Shown here: positions 56,562-64,000 of the stretch, one piece after another
Layout: each line of letters starts with the position of its first letter
How positions within the stretch are numbered: the first letter of the stretch is position 1
Origin: Prevotellaceae bacterium
GTDB lineage: Bacteria > Bacteroidota > Bacteroidia > Bacteroidales > UBA932
Assembly: GCA_031266935.1 (NCBI GenBank)
Contig: JAISAC010000158.1
Span: 6,966 to 70,965 of the forward strand
DNA length: 64,000 nt
Direction: 5' to 3'
Position numbers and translations under genes: made by a program
Notes under the pieces: model-generated
What the model was told of the DNA's origin: nothing
Seen by the model: only the letters and a program-made list of their open reading frames with translations
Databases searched by the model: none

Positions 56562-57533
56562 CTATAGCTTTCCTGTGATTTGTGAAATATCGAACTTGCC
56601 GTCGATGTTTTGAATTTCGATTTTTCCTTTGAGAATGTCGAAAAAGAAATCGCGGATACGGTCGAACGTCAGCGTGGCCGGGTTGCCGTCCTTATCAACG
56701 CCCATATCGTAGCTTTTCAGCAGCTGCGACCCCAGGGCGGCTGCGGTAAGCAGGAAATGATTTTGGAATTTGTCGGTATCCAGCAGGTCGGCTGCCAGCA
56801 CCTTTCCGATTACGGTGTAGCTGCGCAACGTTTTCTGAATATCCTCGCCGGTAAGCGTAGCTTTCACCTCGTCGGTGGCAATATTCATTTCTATTTTGCC
56901 CGAATTTTGAGACTGCGGCAAACCCTTGTACAGCGCGCCTAAATCTGCCAAGCTCAGGCTGTAGAGCTTGGCATCAGGTGTAGCAATCATTTTTTCGATC
57001 GAAAATGCGCTCGGCAGCAGCAAGCTCACTGCCCCTGCAACTCGCACCGACGGCGTGTTGAAAGTGCCGACAATGCAGCTCGTCAAGTCAGCTTGCTGCG
57101 TTGCAAAAACGCCGCCGATGACTATGCAGTTTTCCAAAACAATTTCGTCGGCATAAATGCTGCCCGCCACAAAGGCATTGTAGAGCGTTACGCTTTTGGC
57201 GTTAACGTCGGAGTAAAACACGCACTTGCAGCTTGCAGCCCGCGATACAATGGAATTTGCAGAGCCAACGCTTTTTTTGAAGGCAATATTTCCTTTTGCC
57301 TCGCTGTTTACGTAAAGCTCCAGCTGCGTAAAAGTGGCGCCCTGAATTTCCAAATCGCCGTTTTGGATTTCTATCCTGTGCCCAAAAACAGGCCCTTCGA
57401 TAACCGTATTGCCCTTGCAGATTATGTTACGGTTAAGCTCTGCCACTTTTTCGGGCAGAATAGAGCCTCTCACTAAATTATCCTGCAGCAGGACATCTGT
57501 TTCGTTAAAGCGAAGTTCTTTTAACTCTTTCAT
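56562..57533 (-). CDS. Operon gene 6: beta-helix (bactofilin/polymer-forming-like) N-terminal domain with an unknown C-terminal domain
   Basis: 323 aa. Residues about 35-165 show short repeating V/I-x-G-x-V/I beta-helix-like units (NTVIEGPVFGHRIEIQNGDLEIQGATF...VTLYNAFVAGSIYADEIVLENCIVIGGVFA). No enzymatic motif. Confidence 0.7.
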   Translation of the reverse strand: MKELKELRFNETDVLLQDNLVRGSILPEKVAELNRNIICKGNTVIEGPVFGHRIEIQNGDLEIQGATFTQLELYVNSEAKGNIAFKKSVGSANSIVSRAASCKCVFYSDVNAKSVTLYNAFVAGSIYADEIVLENCIVIGGVFATQQADLTSCIVGTFNTPSVRVAGAVSLLLPSAFSIEKMIATPDAKLYSLSLADLGALYKGLPQSQNSGKIEMNIATDEVKATLTGEDIQKTLRSYTVIGKVLAADLLDTDKFQNHFLLTAAALGSQLLKSYDMGVDKDGNPATLTFDRIRDFFFDILKGKIEIQNIDGKFDISQITGKL

Positions 57534-57551
57534 TTTTACTTGATTTTGTAG

Positions 57552-58574
57552 CTATATGCTTTTAATTGAATTGAAATTCAACATTCTAATAATGTTCTCT
57601 TTTACGCGATCGGTGTGAGCGTCGGCAGAGGCGTAGCAATTGCTAACCTCTGCGTGGAAGTACTGCCCAATTTTTTCGGCGCTATCCTTGGAAAGGCGGC
57701 CCCAGCTTTGCTGCTCAAAGCCGGCAGCTAATTCGTTTGCCTGTATTTTCGACAAAAAATCGGCTTGATACATACTCTTGCCGATTTGGCTTTTTTCGTT
57801 TTGCGTTTCGATAAAGCAAACCGGCAAATACCGGGCAGCGGCAACGCTTTCCTTCAGCATGCTTTGGTTGATTGTAGCGTTCAGCTGTTTTTGCTTGAGC
57901 AAAAATGTATTTGCCTTGCCGATGGCGCTCAACGCGCGTTTTTTGATGATAGACGCGCTGATTTTTGCCTGCAAGTCGCCACCCTCTGCTCCGAAAACGG
58001 CAACGGTGCTGACCAAATCGCTGCCCGAGATACGAATTGCCTGATTGTCGCTTTCGCGCTTGAAAACAAAAGCAGGCTTGTTCAGCTCGAAAATTCGGTT
58101 TTCCAGCTCGCCGTTCAGGTCGTCAAATATCTTTACGTAGCGGCTTGATATGCGGCTGTAATCCTTTTCCATTTGCTGCTGCTTGCCTGCGCAGCGCTTT
58201 GCCAGCTCGCGCAGGTGCACAAGGGTAGCGTCGAGCTTTGTTGAGAGCTCCATAATTTGCTGGCTGATTTCGGAGCGAATTGTCTTGAAAAAGCCATCAA
58301 CAATTGTAGCTCCTACTTTCCTGGCGTTGCTGTAGATGGCGTCAATTTGCGCGGCTTCGGTGGCAACAACTGCGCCCGTCAGCAGGTTAACCGTCCGGTT
58401 GCAGCCGTCAATGCTTTTGTCGAACGGGTTTGTATCAACGTCAACATTTACCGTAACATCTTCGGAGGCAGTCCCGCTATACGAAACCCGTCCACCGTGC
58501 TGAGAGGCAGGATAGCCTACTGACCCGGAATAGTGGACTGTTATTTTTTTAGAAAAACTTTGCCTGTAGCTCAT
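57552..58574 (-). CDS. Operon gene 5: coiled-coil protein, paralog of gene 4
   Basis: 340 aa. Shares with gene 4 the block DGFF.TIRSEISQQI..L...LD..L..L........Q.MEKDYSRISSRYVKIFDDLNGELENRIFELNKP and further N- and C-terminal similarity. Confidence 0.75.
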   Translation of the reverse strand: MSYRQSFSKKITVHYSGSVGYPASQHGGRVSYSGTASEDVTVNVDVDTNPFDKSIDGCNRTVNLLTGAVVATEAAQIDAIYSNARKVGATIVDGFFKTIRSEISQQIMELSTKLDATLVHLRELAKRCAGKQQQMEKDYSRISSRYVKIFDDLNGELENRIFELNKPAFVFKRESDNQAIRISGSDLVSTVAVFGAEGGDLQAKISASIIKKRALSAIGKANTFLLKQKQLNATINQSMLKESVAAARYLPVCFIETQNEKSQIGKSMYQADFLSKIQANELAAGFEQQSWGRLSKDSAEKIGQYFHAEVSNCYASADAHTDRVKENIIRMLNFNSIKSI

Positions 58575-58579
58575 ATGTG

Positions 58580-59500
58580 CTAATTTTTAATAGTTTGATA
58601 ATTATTAGCCAAAAACAATTTATTAGCCACATCTTTTACTCGCTGCGAGGAATTTGAGGCCGAAAGGTATTTGCTAAACTCGCTTTTCACGTCCCTGTTG
58701 ATTTCCCTTTCCTGCTGCCATTGAATACTTTCAATGCCGGAGCTGACGGTATTTTTAATGGAGATTTGAGCTTGCCTGCTCAATGCAACGCTGCTTACCA
58801 TAACGTCAATATTCTTGTTGCCGAATTTATCGAAGTTACATTCGCTAATCACAACAGGGACGGACAGGGAGGCGGTTTCTGTCTTTACATTGTCGGCAAG
58901 CAAAATCCGGTCGGTAAGCTTCTTTTGCTCCGACATATCGGCAAGAAACCGCGTCATCGAATTGATAACCTTCAGGCCGCGAAATTTTACGCTCGAAGCA
59001 ATGATTTTTTGGCTTGCCGCCAGCGACTCCAGCTGCGAAACGGGAACAGTTGCCGTCAGGTGCTTTGTTCTGTTCGCTACTTTTTCCACCTCCTTAACGG
59101 CAAAATCAACAGTAGGTTTATCCAGCTCAAAAACCCGCTGCTTCAGGTTTTGGTTAAGCCCGCTAAAGAGCTTCAGGTATCGGCTGGAAATCATGCTGTA
59201 ATCGCGCTCCATTCGCCCTTTGATAGCCAGCAGCTGCTTGCGCTGCTGGTTGAGCTGCATCAAGTGCGAATCAACCTCGCTTCGCAGCTTGGCCACTTTT
59301 TGCGAAATTTGGGAACGGATTAAGGTGTAAAAGCCTCTGTTTACGTTATCGCAAACGAGGTTGGCGGCTTTCTGCTCTGCCAGCACTACGGCGGTTTGCA
59401 TTGCCACAACCGCCGTGGTGGTTGCCTTTACGTGGCCGGACACAGCGCTTATTCCCTGCGCCATCGGGGTGGTATCTATTACGCAATCTATATATGCCAT
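58580..59500 (-). CDS. Operon gene 4: coiled-coil protein, paralog of gene 5
   Basis: 306 aa with the block NRGFYTLIRSQISQKVAKLRSEVDSHLMQLNQQRKQLLAIKGRMERDYSMISSRYLKLFSGLNQNLKQRVFELDKP. A 5-nt gap separates it from gene 5. Confidence 0.75.
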   Translation of the reverse strand: MAYIDCVIDTTPMAQGISAVSGHVKATTTAVVAMQTAVVLAEQKAANLVCDNVNRGFYTLIRSQISQKVAKLRSEVDSHLMQLNQQRKQLLAIKGRMERDYSMISSRYLKLFSGLNQNLKQRVFELDKPTVDFAVKEVEKVANRTKHLTATVPVSQLESLAASQKIIASSVKFRGLKVINSMTRFLADMSEQKKLTDRILLADNVKTETASLSVPVVISECNFDKFGNKNIDVMVSSVALSRQAQISIKNTVSSGIESIQWQQEREINRDVKSEFSKYLSASNSSQRVKDVANKLFLANNYQTIKN

Positions 59501-59550
59501 AAATCTCTTAAATTTTACTCGTTATCGCTATATTCGCGTTAGCGGTCTCA

Positions 59551-61518
59551 TCACTCGCCATTGCTACTTCCACTTTCTTCTGCTCCCTCGCTTTCTTTCT
59601 CAATAACCGCTTCGTAGGTGTCTGCTTGCCCCGCAAGCTCCCCGCCATTAACGGGGTTCCGGCTTTCGTCAGAATGACTTTCTGCATTTCTCCCCAAGCT
59701 TTCCAGCGCATTTTTGGCAATAACCGGCAGGTTGAGCGAAATATGCTCGAACGTAATATTTTCTACATTGGGCGAAGGCGGCAACTCGGACGTTTTGGCA
59801 AACAGCGGATTGACAATGGCCAGCGGTTTGCGGCGCTCGTCCAAGCTGTGCACTTCGCTTGCCGCAACGGCAACCGCGTTGGAGTGTCCATCGCGCAGCT
59901 TGGCGTCGTAGTATTCAATATGCCCGAATTTTTCTGCCTTCAAGTCAATATCTTCCTTGAGGCGCTCCATGTACTCCTCAAAGTTGGCCTGGGTACTTTT
60001 AAATTCATTCGACTGCAATTCAAAAGCGGCAAGCGTTTCGGCGGCATTATCTACTACATCTACCACCGTAGAGTTCAGGTCGCCGCCCGACTGCACCATG
60101 CTGTCCTCGGTGCGCTGTAGCGAAACCAGCGTGTTGTATGCAGCCACATATTCGCGCAAGCTTGCCTGCATAAGGTTGATAATTTCGGACGCTTCTGCGC
60201 GGTTGCGACCGTAAAAATCTTCGCAGTTTTCGTGCCAGCGGTTCAGGTATTCAATTTTTTGGTCTTTGATATGGTTGTAGATTTTGAGGCGCTCAATCCG
60301 ATTTTCGTTCATCAGATTTTGCACAACCGGCGCAACAATTTCTTCGTAAATCTGGTGTACGCCAAACGGCAAACCTGTAGTGCTGCCGTCTTCTGCCGTC
60401 CATACCTCCGAAAGCAGGTTGTAGCGGACGCGCGAGCTTTGCTTGAGCTGAAACGGCTCGTAGCCCTGCACATCTTCGCTGTAGTCGAACTTTTCGTTGC
60501 GAATACGCTCAATTTCCTCGTGCTCGAGAATCGGCGAATAGTGATTATACGGCGATTTCAGGATTTGGTACAGCACCTTGTTGGATTCAAAAATCACCTT
60601 GTCGGTTGAGGCTATCTTCAGCGCCGAAATGGCCTGAACGGAATTTGCCATTGCCACCATCAACCCTTTCAAAACATCTTCAAACTGCTTCGTTTTGCTC
60701 GACAGGGAGTCTTTCAGGGCATTCAACTCCTGAAACTTATTAACGTTGCCGGCGTACTTTTCTTTGTCGAAAACAGGAATAAGCGGCGCATTTGCGGGGA
60801 TTTCGGTTGTGGCGTATTCGTTCAAAAATTGCAGGTATTCGCTTTTGTCGGCAACCAGCGGAAGCGATACGGAGGTCGTGTCCAAATCGTCCATGCAGTA
60901 AGAAATGGTGCGCAGCGAGCGCTCCAGCTTGCCGAAATAGTCATGCTGGTTGATTTCCTGAATGGAGGTAGAATACTCGTCTGTTTCGATGGTTTCCGTA
61001 TCGTTTGAAGTTTCCACAATGGGCGCTTCCGACGAGAGGTTTTCTAAGTTGGCAATTGTTTCAATCAGCAAATCGTTTTGGCGCGAAAGCTGCAGCGTAA
61101 CTTCCGACTCGTCAACTTTGCCGGTGTAATCAACAATAAAGCTTTTGTCTTCGTACCTGATTTGGTCGGCCACAGGAATGTACGCAACGCCCAGCTTGCT
61201 GACTTTATAATCGCGGAAAATCTCGGCGTGCTGCTTTTTAAACTCCTCAATTCGGGCATCCTTATCCGCAGCTTGCTTTTCTAAGCTACTTTTCTTTATA
61301 AAGTAAACAAAGAACAGAATGATTGTGAGAAACCACACCCACAAGCCGGAAATTGCTTTTTGCAGCATTGCCTTTTCTTCCTTCAGCACGGCGATTTGCT
61401 TCTCAATTCGCTCCTCCTCCTGAACGATTTTTTCGGCGGCCTGGCTGTAGTAGCTGAATAGTATCTTCGCCTGGTCCTGGTAGATATTATTTGATTCGGG
61501 AAAAATTTTGCCTGTCAT
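59551..61518 (-). CDS. Operon gene 3: large single-pass membrane protein of unknown function
   Basis: 655 aa. N-terminal coiled-coil, one TM helix (ISGLWVWFLTIILFFVYFI), a roughly 550-aa mostly helical domain and an acidic tail. No motif recognised. Confidence 0.75.
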   Translation of the reverse strand: MTGKIFPESNNIYQDQAKILFSYYSQAAEKIVQEEERIEKQIAVLKEEKAMLQKAISGLWVWFLTIILFFVYFIKKSSLEKQAADKDARIEEFKKQHAEIFRDYKVSKLGVAYIPVADQIRYEDKSFIVDYTGKVDESEVTLQLSRQNDLLIETIANLENLSSEAPIVETSNDTETIETDEYSTSIQEINQHDYFGKLERSLRTISYCMDDLDTTSVSLPLVADKSEYLQFLNEYATTEIPANAPLIPVFDKEKYAGNVNKFQELNALKDSLSSKTKQFEDVLKGLMVAMANSVQAISALKIASTDKVIFESNKVLYQILKSPYNHYSPILEHEEIERIRNEKFDYSEDVQGYEPFQLKQSSRVRYNLLSEVWTAEDGSTTGLPFGVHQIYEEIVAPVVQNLMNENRIERLKIYNHIKDQKIEYLNRWHENCEDFYGRNRAEASEIINLMQASLREYVAAYNTLVSLQRTEDSMVQSGGDLNSTVVDVVDNAAETLAAFELQSNEFKSTQANFEEYMERLKEDIDLKAEKFGHIEYYDAKLRDGHSNAVAVAASEVHSLDERRKPLAIVNPLFAKTSELPPSPNVENITFEHISLNLPVIAKNALESLGRNAESHSDESRNPVNGGELAGQADTYEAVIEKESEGAEESGSSNGE

Positions 61519-61529
61519 ACTTTATGAGG

Positions 61530-62240
61530 TTAATGTGAATAAATATTCTTTCTATTTTGGTAAATACGTTCAAGCTTTTTGAGGTTGCTTTCAATGCGCG
61601 CTTCGTTCATCGAAAAATCGGAAAGGGCTGCCGAAATGTCGCTAATGGTCGAAACAAGCTGCCGCTCCAAGCTGCTCGCTTCCGCATTTTCGGCAGGCGA
61701 AATAAACCGCAAATTTTCTTCAAGCGCAGCTACTCTACTCGTGAAGTTTTCGGGCAAGCCGGACAAATCGCTCACTTTGTCTTGCAGGTTACGCATTGCT
61801 TTTTTCATTTCGGCAACCCCATTGCGGTTAAATGTCTCCTGCTGATAGACCTGCCGAACTTTGTCGGACGAATGAAGCGAAGCCGCAAAGCCCAAAATCA
61901 AAAGGAGCGCCAAAACGCAGTGAATGATAGCTTGCATGGCAAACGAGCAATCGAAAACCCAATTGCATACAAGCATAGCCGCAACGGCAGCAATGGCGTA
62001 AGTGCAGGTAAAAAACCATCGCACACCGAGCGAGCCGATTTTTTCCTGCGATTTATCGTCAAAATCAACCCAGGGAGCGAGAATGTCAACAAAAAACAGG
62101 CTGTAAAGGATGAAAGAAACAACAATATTCAGCGCTAAAATATTGCTATCCAAGCTGCCTGCAAAAAGGATAAGCGCAGCAATAATAACAGCCTCGCCGC
62201 CGAGCAGCGCAATCCACGATAGTATTTTTTTTGTATCCAT
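61530..62240 (-). CDS. Operon gene 2: 4-TM membrane protein with a C-terminal coiled-coil
   Basis: 236 aa from the ATG at 62240 (MDTKKILSWIALLGG...). The longer ORF in the track overlaps gene 1 and starts in its coding region. Four hydrophobic helices are followed by a heptad-rich tail. Confidence 0.7.
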   Translation of the reverse strand: MDTKKILSWIALLGGEAVIIAALILFAGSLDSNILALNIVVSFILYSLFFVDILAPWVDFDDKSQEKIGSLGVRWFFTCTYAIAAVAAMLVCNWVFDCSFAMQAIIHCVLALLLILGFAASLHSSDKVRQVYQQETFNRNGVAEMKKAMRNLQDKVSDLSGLPENFTSRVAALEENLRFISPAENAEASSLERQLVSTISDISAALSDFSMNEARIESNLKKLERIYQNRKNIYSH

Positions 62241-62274
62241 ATCATTACGTATTAAATTGTTTAAGCATATATGG

Positions 62275-63540
62275 TTATCGCTTATTTCCGCATTTTGGGC
62301 AGAATTTAACCGACGGCGGCAGCGCTGCTCCGCAGCGGCTGCAAGCGTCGCCCGGCTGTACCTGCTTTCCGCAGCTTCCACAAAATGTACTTCCCTGCGC
62401 CAAAGGTGCATTGCAGTGGGGGCAAGCTCCGCCTTCTGCCTGTAGGGGCGCTCCGCAGCTTACGCAGCGCTTTGCGTGCCGGTCATTATCGGTTCCGCAT
62501 TTGGGGCAAGGATTGTAGGGGTCGCCGCAGTGAGGGCAAAAGCGGGTTGTGCTCGGAAATTTTTTGGAGCAATTTGAGCAGTACACCATTTTAACCTGCT
62601 GCTCCTGCTGAGCAGGTTGCCCGTTGGCCCCCTGACTATTGCCGACAAAAGAGGGCTGGCTGTACTGCGGGTTCATCATTCCGCCGCCAACACCGGCGCC
62701 GCCGCCCATTCCGCCCATCATATTCATCGCCACCAGGCCGCCGAGCAGCCCGCCGTTGCCGCTGCCAAAGCCGTCAACGGCGTTGCTGGCAACATCGAAC
62801 ATTTTTTCCTGCTGCCAGGTGTGCCCGGTAATTGACATCGACGCTTGCGTCGCTATGGCTTCGGCTACTTTTTTACCTTCTTCTGTGGATTTATCAATAT
62901 CAATGGTGGTGATGTTGAATTGCAGCAGCTCTAACCCCAAATTACCCCAAAATGGATTTAGCACACCTTTTAAATATTCGGACAGCTCGTCCAAATAAGC
63001 CGATAAGTACTTAAAACCAACCCTATGCTTAATCACATATTGAGCAATCTGCGACTTTGTTTTCGTTGAAAATTCGCCAAAAAACTGATTTGTCAAATCG
63101 TCTTGCGTAAATTCGGTTTTTGTGCCGACAGCTTTGACCAAAAACTTTTCGGCTTCACTCACTTTCAGCCCGTAGCGCCCTCCTGCTACGAGCGGCAGCT
63201 GAGTGTTATAATCGGGGTCGTGAATCGGCATTTTGCTAACCGCCCAATCAATGCTGAATGCTTGGATTTTGTTTACAAACCAAACCTCTGCCGTAAAAGG
63301 ATTTTTTTTGCCGAAAGGAATACCGAACAAATTCCGCAGAATCGGTAAGTTTTCGGTGTTCAACGTATGCTTTCCCGGACCGAACTTTCCCATTATCTGC
63401 CCTTTTGAAAACAAAACCGCCTCCTGCGATTCCTGCACAATGAGCTGCGTGTAGGTGCTCAAGTTTGTTTCGGGAAAACGCCAGGCGTAAATCGTTTTAC
63501 TCCCCTGCGGCGACCAGCTGACTAAATCTATTATTGCCAT
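62275..63540 (-). CDS. Operon gene 1: YdjI-like SPFH-superfamily protein (COG4260 type) with a Gly/Met-rich linker and four C-terminal zinc ribbons
   Basis: 421 aa from the ATG at 63540. The N-terminus MAIIDLVSWSPQGSKTIYAWRFPETNLSTYTQLIVQESQEAVLFSKGQ resembles YdjI/'virion core protein-like' SPFH proteins. The linker is GGLLGGLVAMNMMGGMGGGAGVGGGMM. The C-terminus has 4 x (CxxC...CxxC). Confidence 0.8.
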   Translation of the reverse strand: MAIIDLVSWSPQGSKTIYAWRFPETNLSTYTQLIVQESQEAVLFSKGQIMGKFGPGKHTLNTENLPILRNLFGIPFGKKNPFTAEVWFVNKIQAFSIDWAVSKMPIHDPDYNTQLPLVAGGRYGLKVSEAEKFLVKAVGTKTEFTQDDLTNQFFGEFSTKTKSQIAQYVIKHRVGFKYLSAYLDELSEYLKGVLNPFWGNLGLELLQFNITTIDIDKSTEEGKKVAEAIATQASMSITGHTWQQEKMFDVASNAVDGFGSGNGGLLGGLVAMNMMGGMGGGAGVGGGMMNPQYSQPSFVGNSQGANGQPAQQEQQVKMVYCSNCSKKFPSTTRFCPHCGDPYNPCPKCGTDNDRHAKRCVSCGAPLQAEGGACPHCNAPLAQGSTFCGSCGKQVQPGDACSRCGAALPPSVKFCPKCGNKR

Positions 63541-63706
63541 ATATTTCTGATTTTCTGATTGTTTAATAATTAAGGCTTTTTTTGTTGAAAATTGCAAAAG
63601 TTATCCGGTCAACCAAGCGATTTTATTTAACAGGCAATCACCTTATAAAATCTTATGGCCGCAAAATTACTACTTTATTTTGAATAACAAAAAAAGAATA
63701 CAAACA

Positions 63707-63735
63707 GGCTAAATCTTTTTTAAGATGCTACGACA
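63707..63735. repeat. Fragment of the MITE-like terminal repeat
   Basis: ggctaaatcttttttaagatgctacgaca resembles the ggctaaatctttttttgaggtgctatgaaa terminus. Another fragment lies at 23139-23160 (gcctaaatctttttttgaggct). Confidence 0.5.
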
Positions 63736-64000
63736 GGACAGCTGCTTATTCTTCTGCTTGTACGCATCACGGCTACGGATTATATCGCGATTTTTTTGTT
63801 GCGCCAGATATAATTTTTTCCTGCACGATGATAGCTGTAACTCCAACTTTTTTTCCCGTTTTGTTTTCATAATATTATGCTATATAAATGTTTGATGCGG
63901 CAAAGACAGCTATTTTTTTGAAGACTTTTTTTTACTCCTTTTGCACACCCTATCCCTGCGGGTGGGGTGTCAAAATTAGGGGTGCAATTTTTTAAATTTA

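Noticed and set aside
61530-62411. The longer 293-aa version of operon gene 2.
   Set aside because: The first 57 codons overlap the zinc-ribbon coding region of gene 1 in another frame and give an Arg/Ala-rich string. The ATG at 62240 precedes the first TM helix and leaves a 34-nt gap.

Overview
This 64-kb window looks like a fairly GC-rich Bacteroidota (probably Bacteroidales) chromosome. The evidence is TAnnTTTG -7 promoter boxes before many genes, no Shine-Dalgarno sites, a long-form YidC, a DUF349 protein and an acpP-fabF-rnc block. I found no rRNA, tRNA, CRISPR array, integrase or transposase.

Most of the window is housekeeping:
- DNA, RNA and translation: uvrB, rsgA, xth, a PIF1-like helicase, trmD, yidC, rnc.
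- Metabolism: acpP-fabF, purN, a U32 and an M16 peptidase, a GT9 glycosyltransferase, amgK-like/murU-like genes, and a pheA-tyrA-DAHP synthase/chorismate mutase operon.
- Transport: several ABC systems.

Three accessory patches interrupt this backbone:
- **2.4-8.2 kb:** an AT-rich GNAT gene, an MNT/HepT toxin-antitoxin pair, flavodoxin, a decayed ICMT gene and an AT-rich single-chain nuclease-methylase-specificity (R-M-S) fusion. The 4-kb segment from flavodoxin to the R-M-S gene is bracketed by promoter-bearing direct repeats.
- **36.8-38.6 kb and 44.3-49.3 kb:** decayed and duplicated DUF3791/DUF3990 modules, a (CA)35 microsatellite, HicAB, and at least five copies or fragments of a nested-palindrome MITE-like repeat.
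- **56.5-63.6 kb (minus strand):** a tightly packed six-gene operon, my best candidate for an undescribed system. It encodes a YdjI-like SPFH protein fused to four zinc ribbons, a 4-TM coiled-coil protein, a 655-aa single-TM protein, two paralogous coiled-coil proteins and a bactofilin-like beta-helix protein. None has a recognisable enzymatic domain.

Other notable signals are a Phe/Tyr-rich leader-peptide attenuator upstream of pheA, a perfect 55-bp inverted repeat, a histone-H1-like repeat protein and an AmgK-like kinase fused to a RapZ C-terminal-like domain.

All calls rest on reading the sequence and translations by eye. No database search was run.
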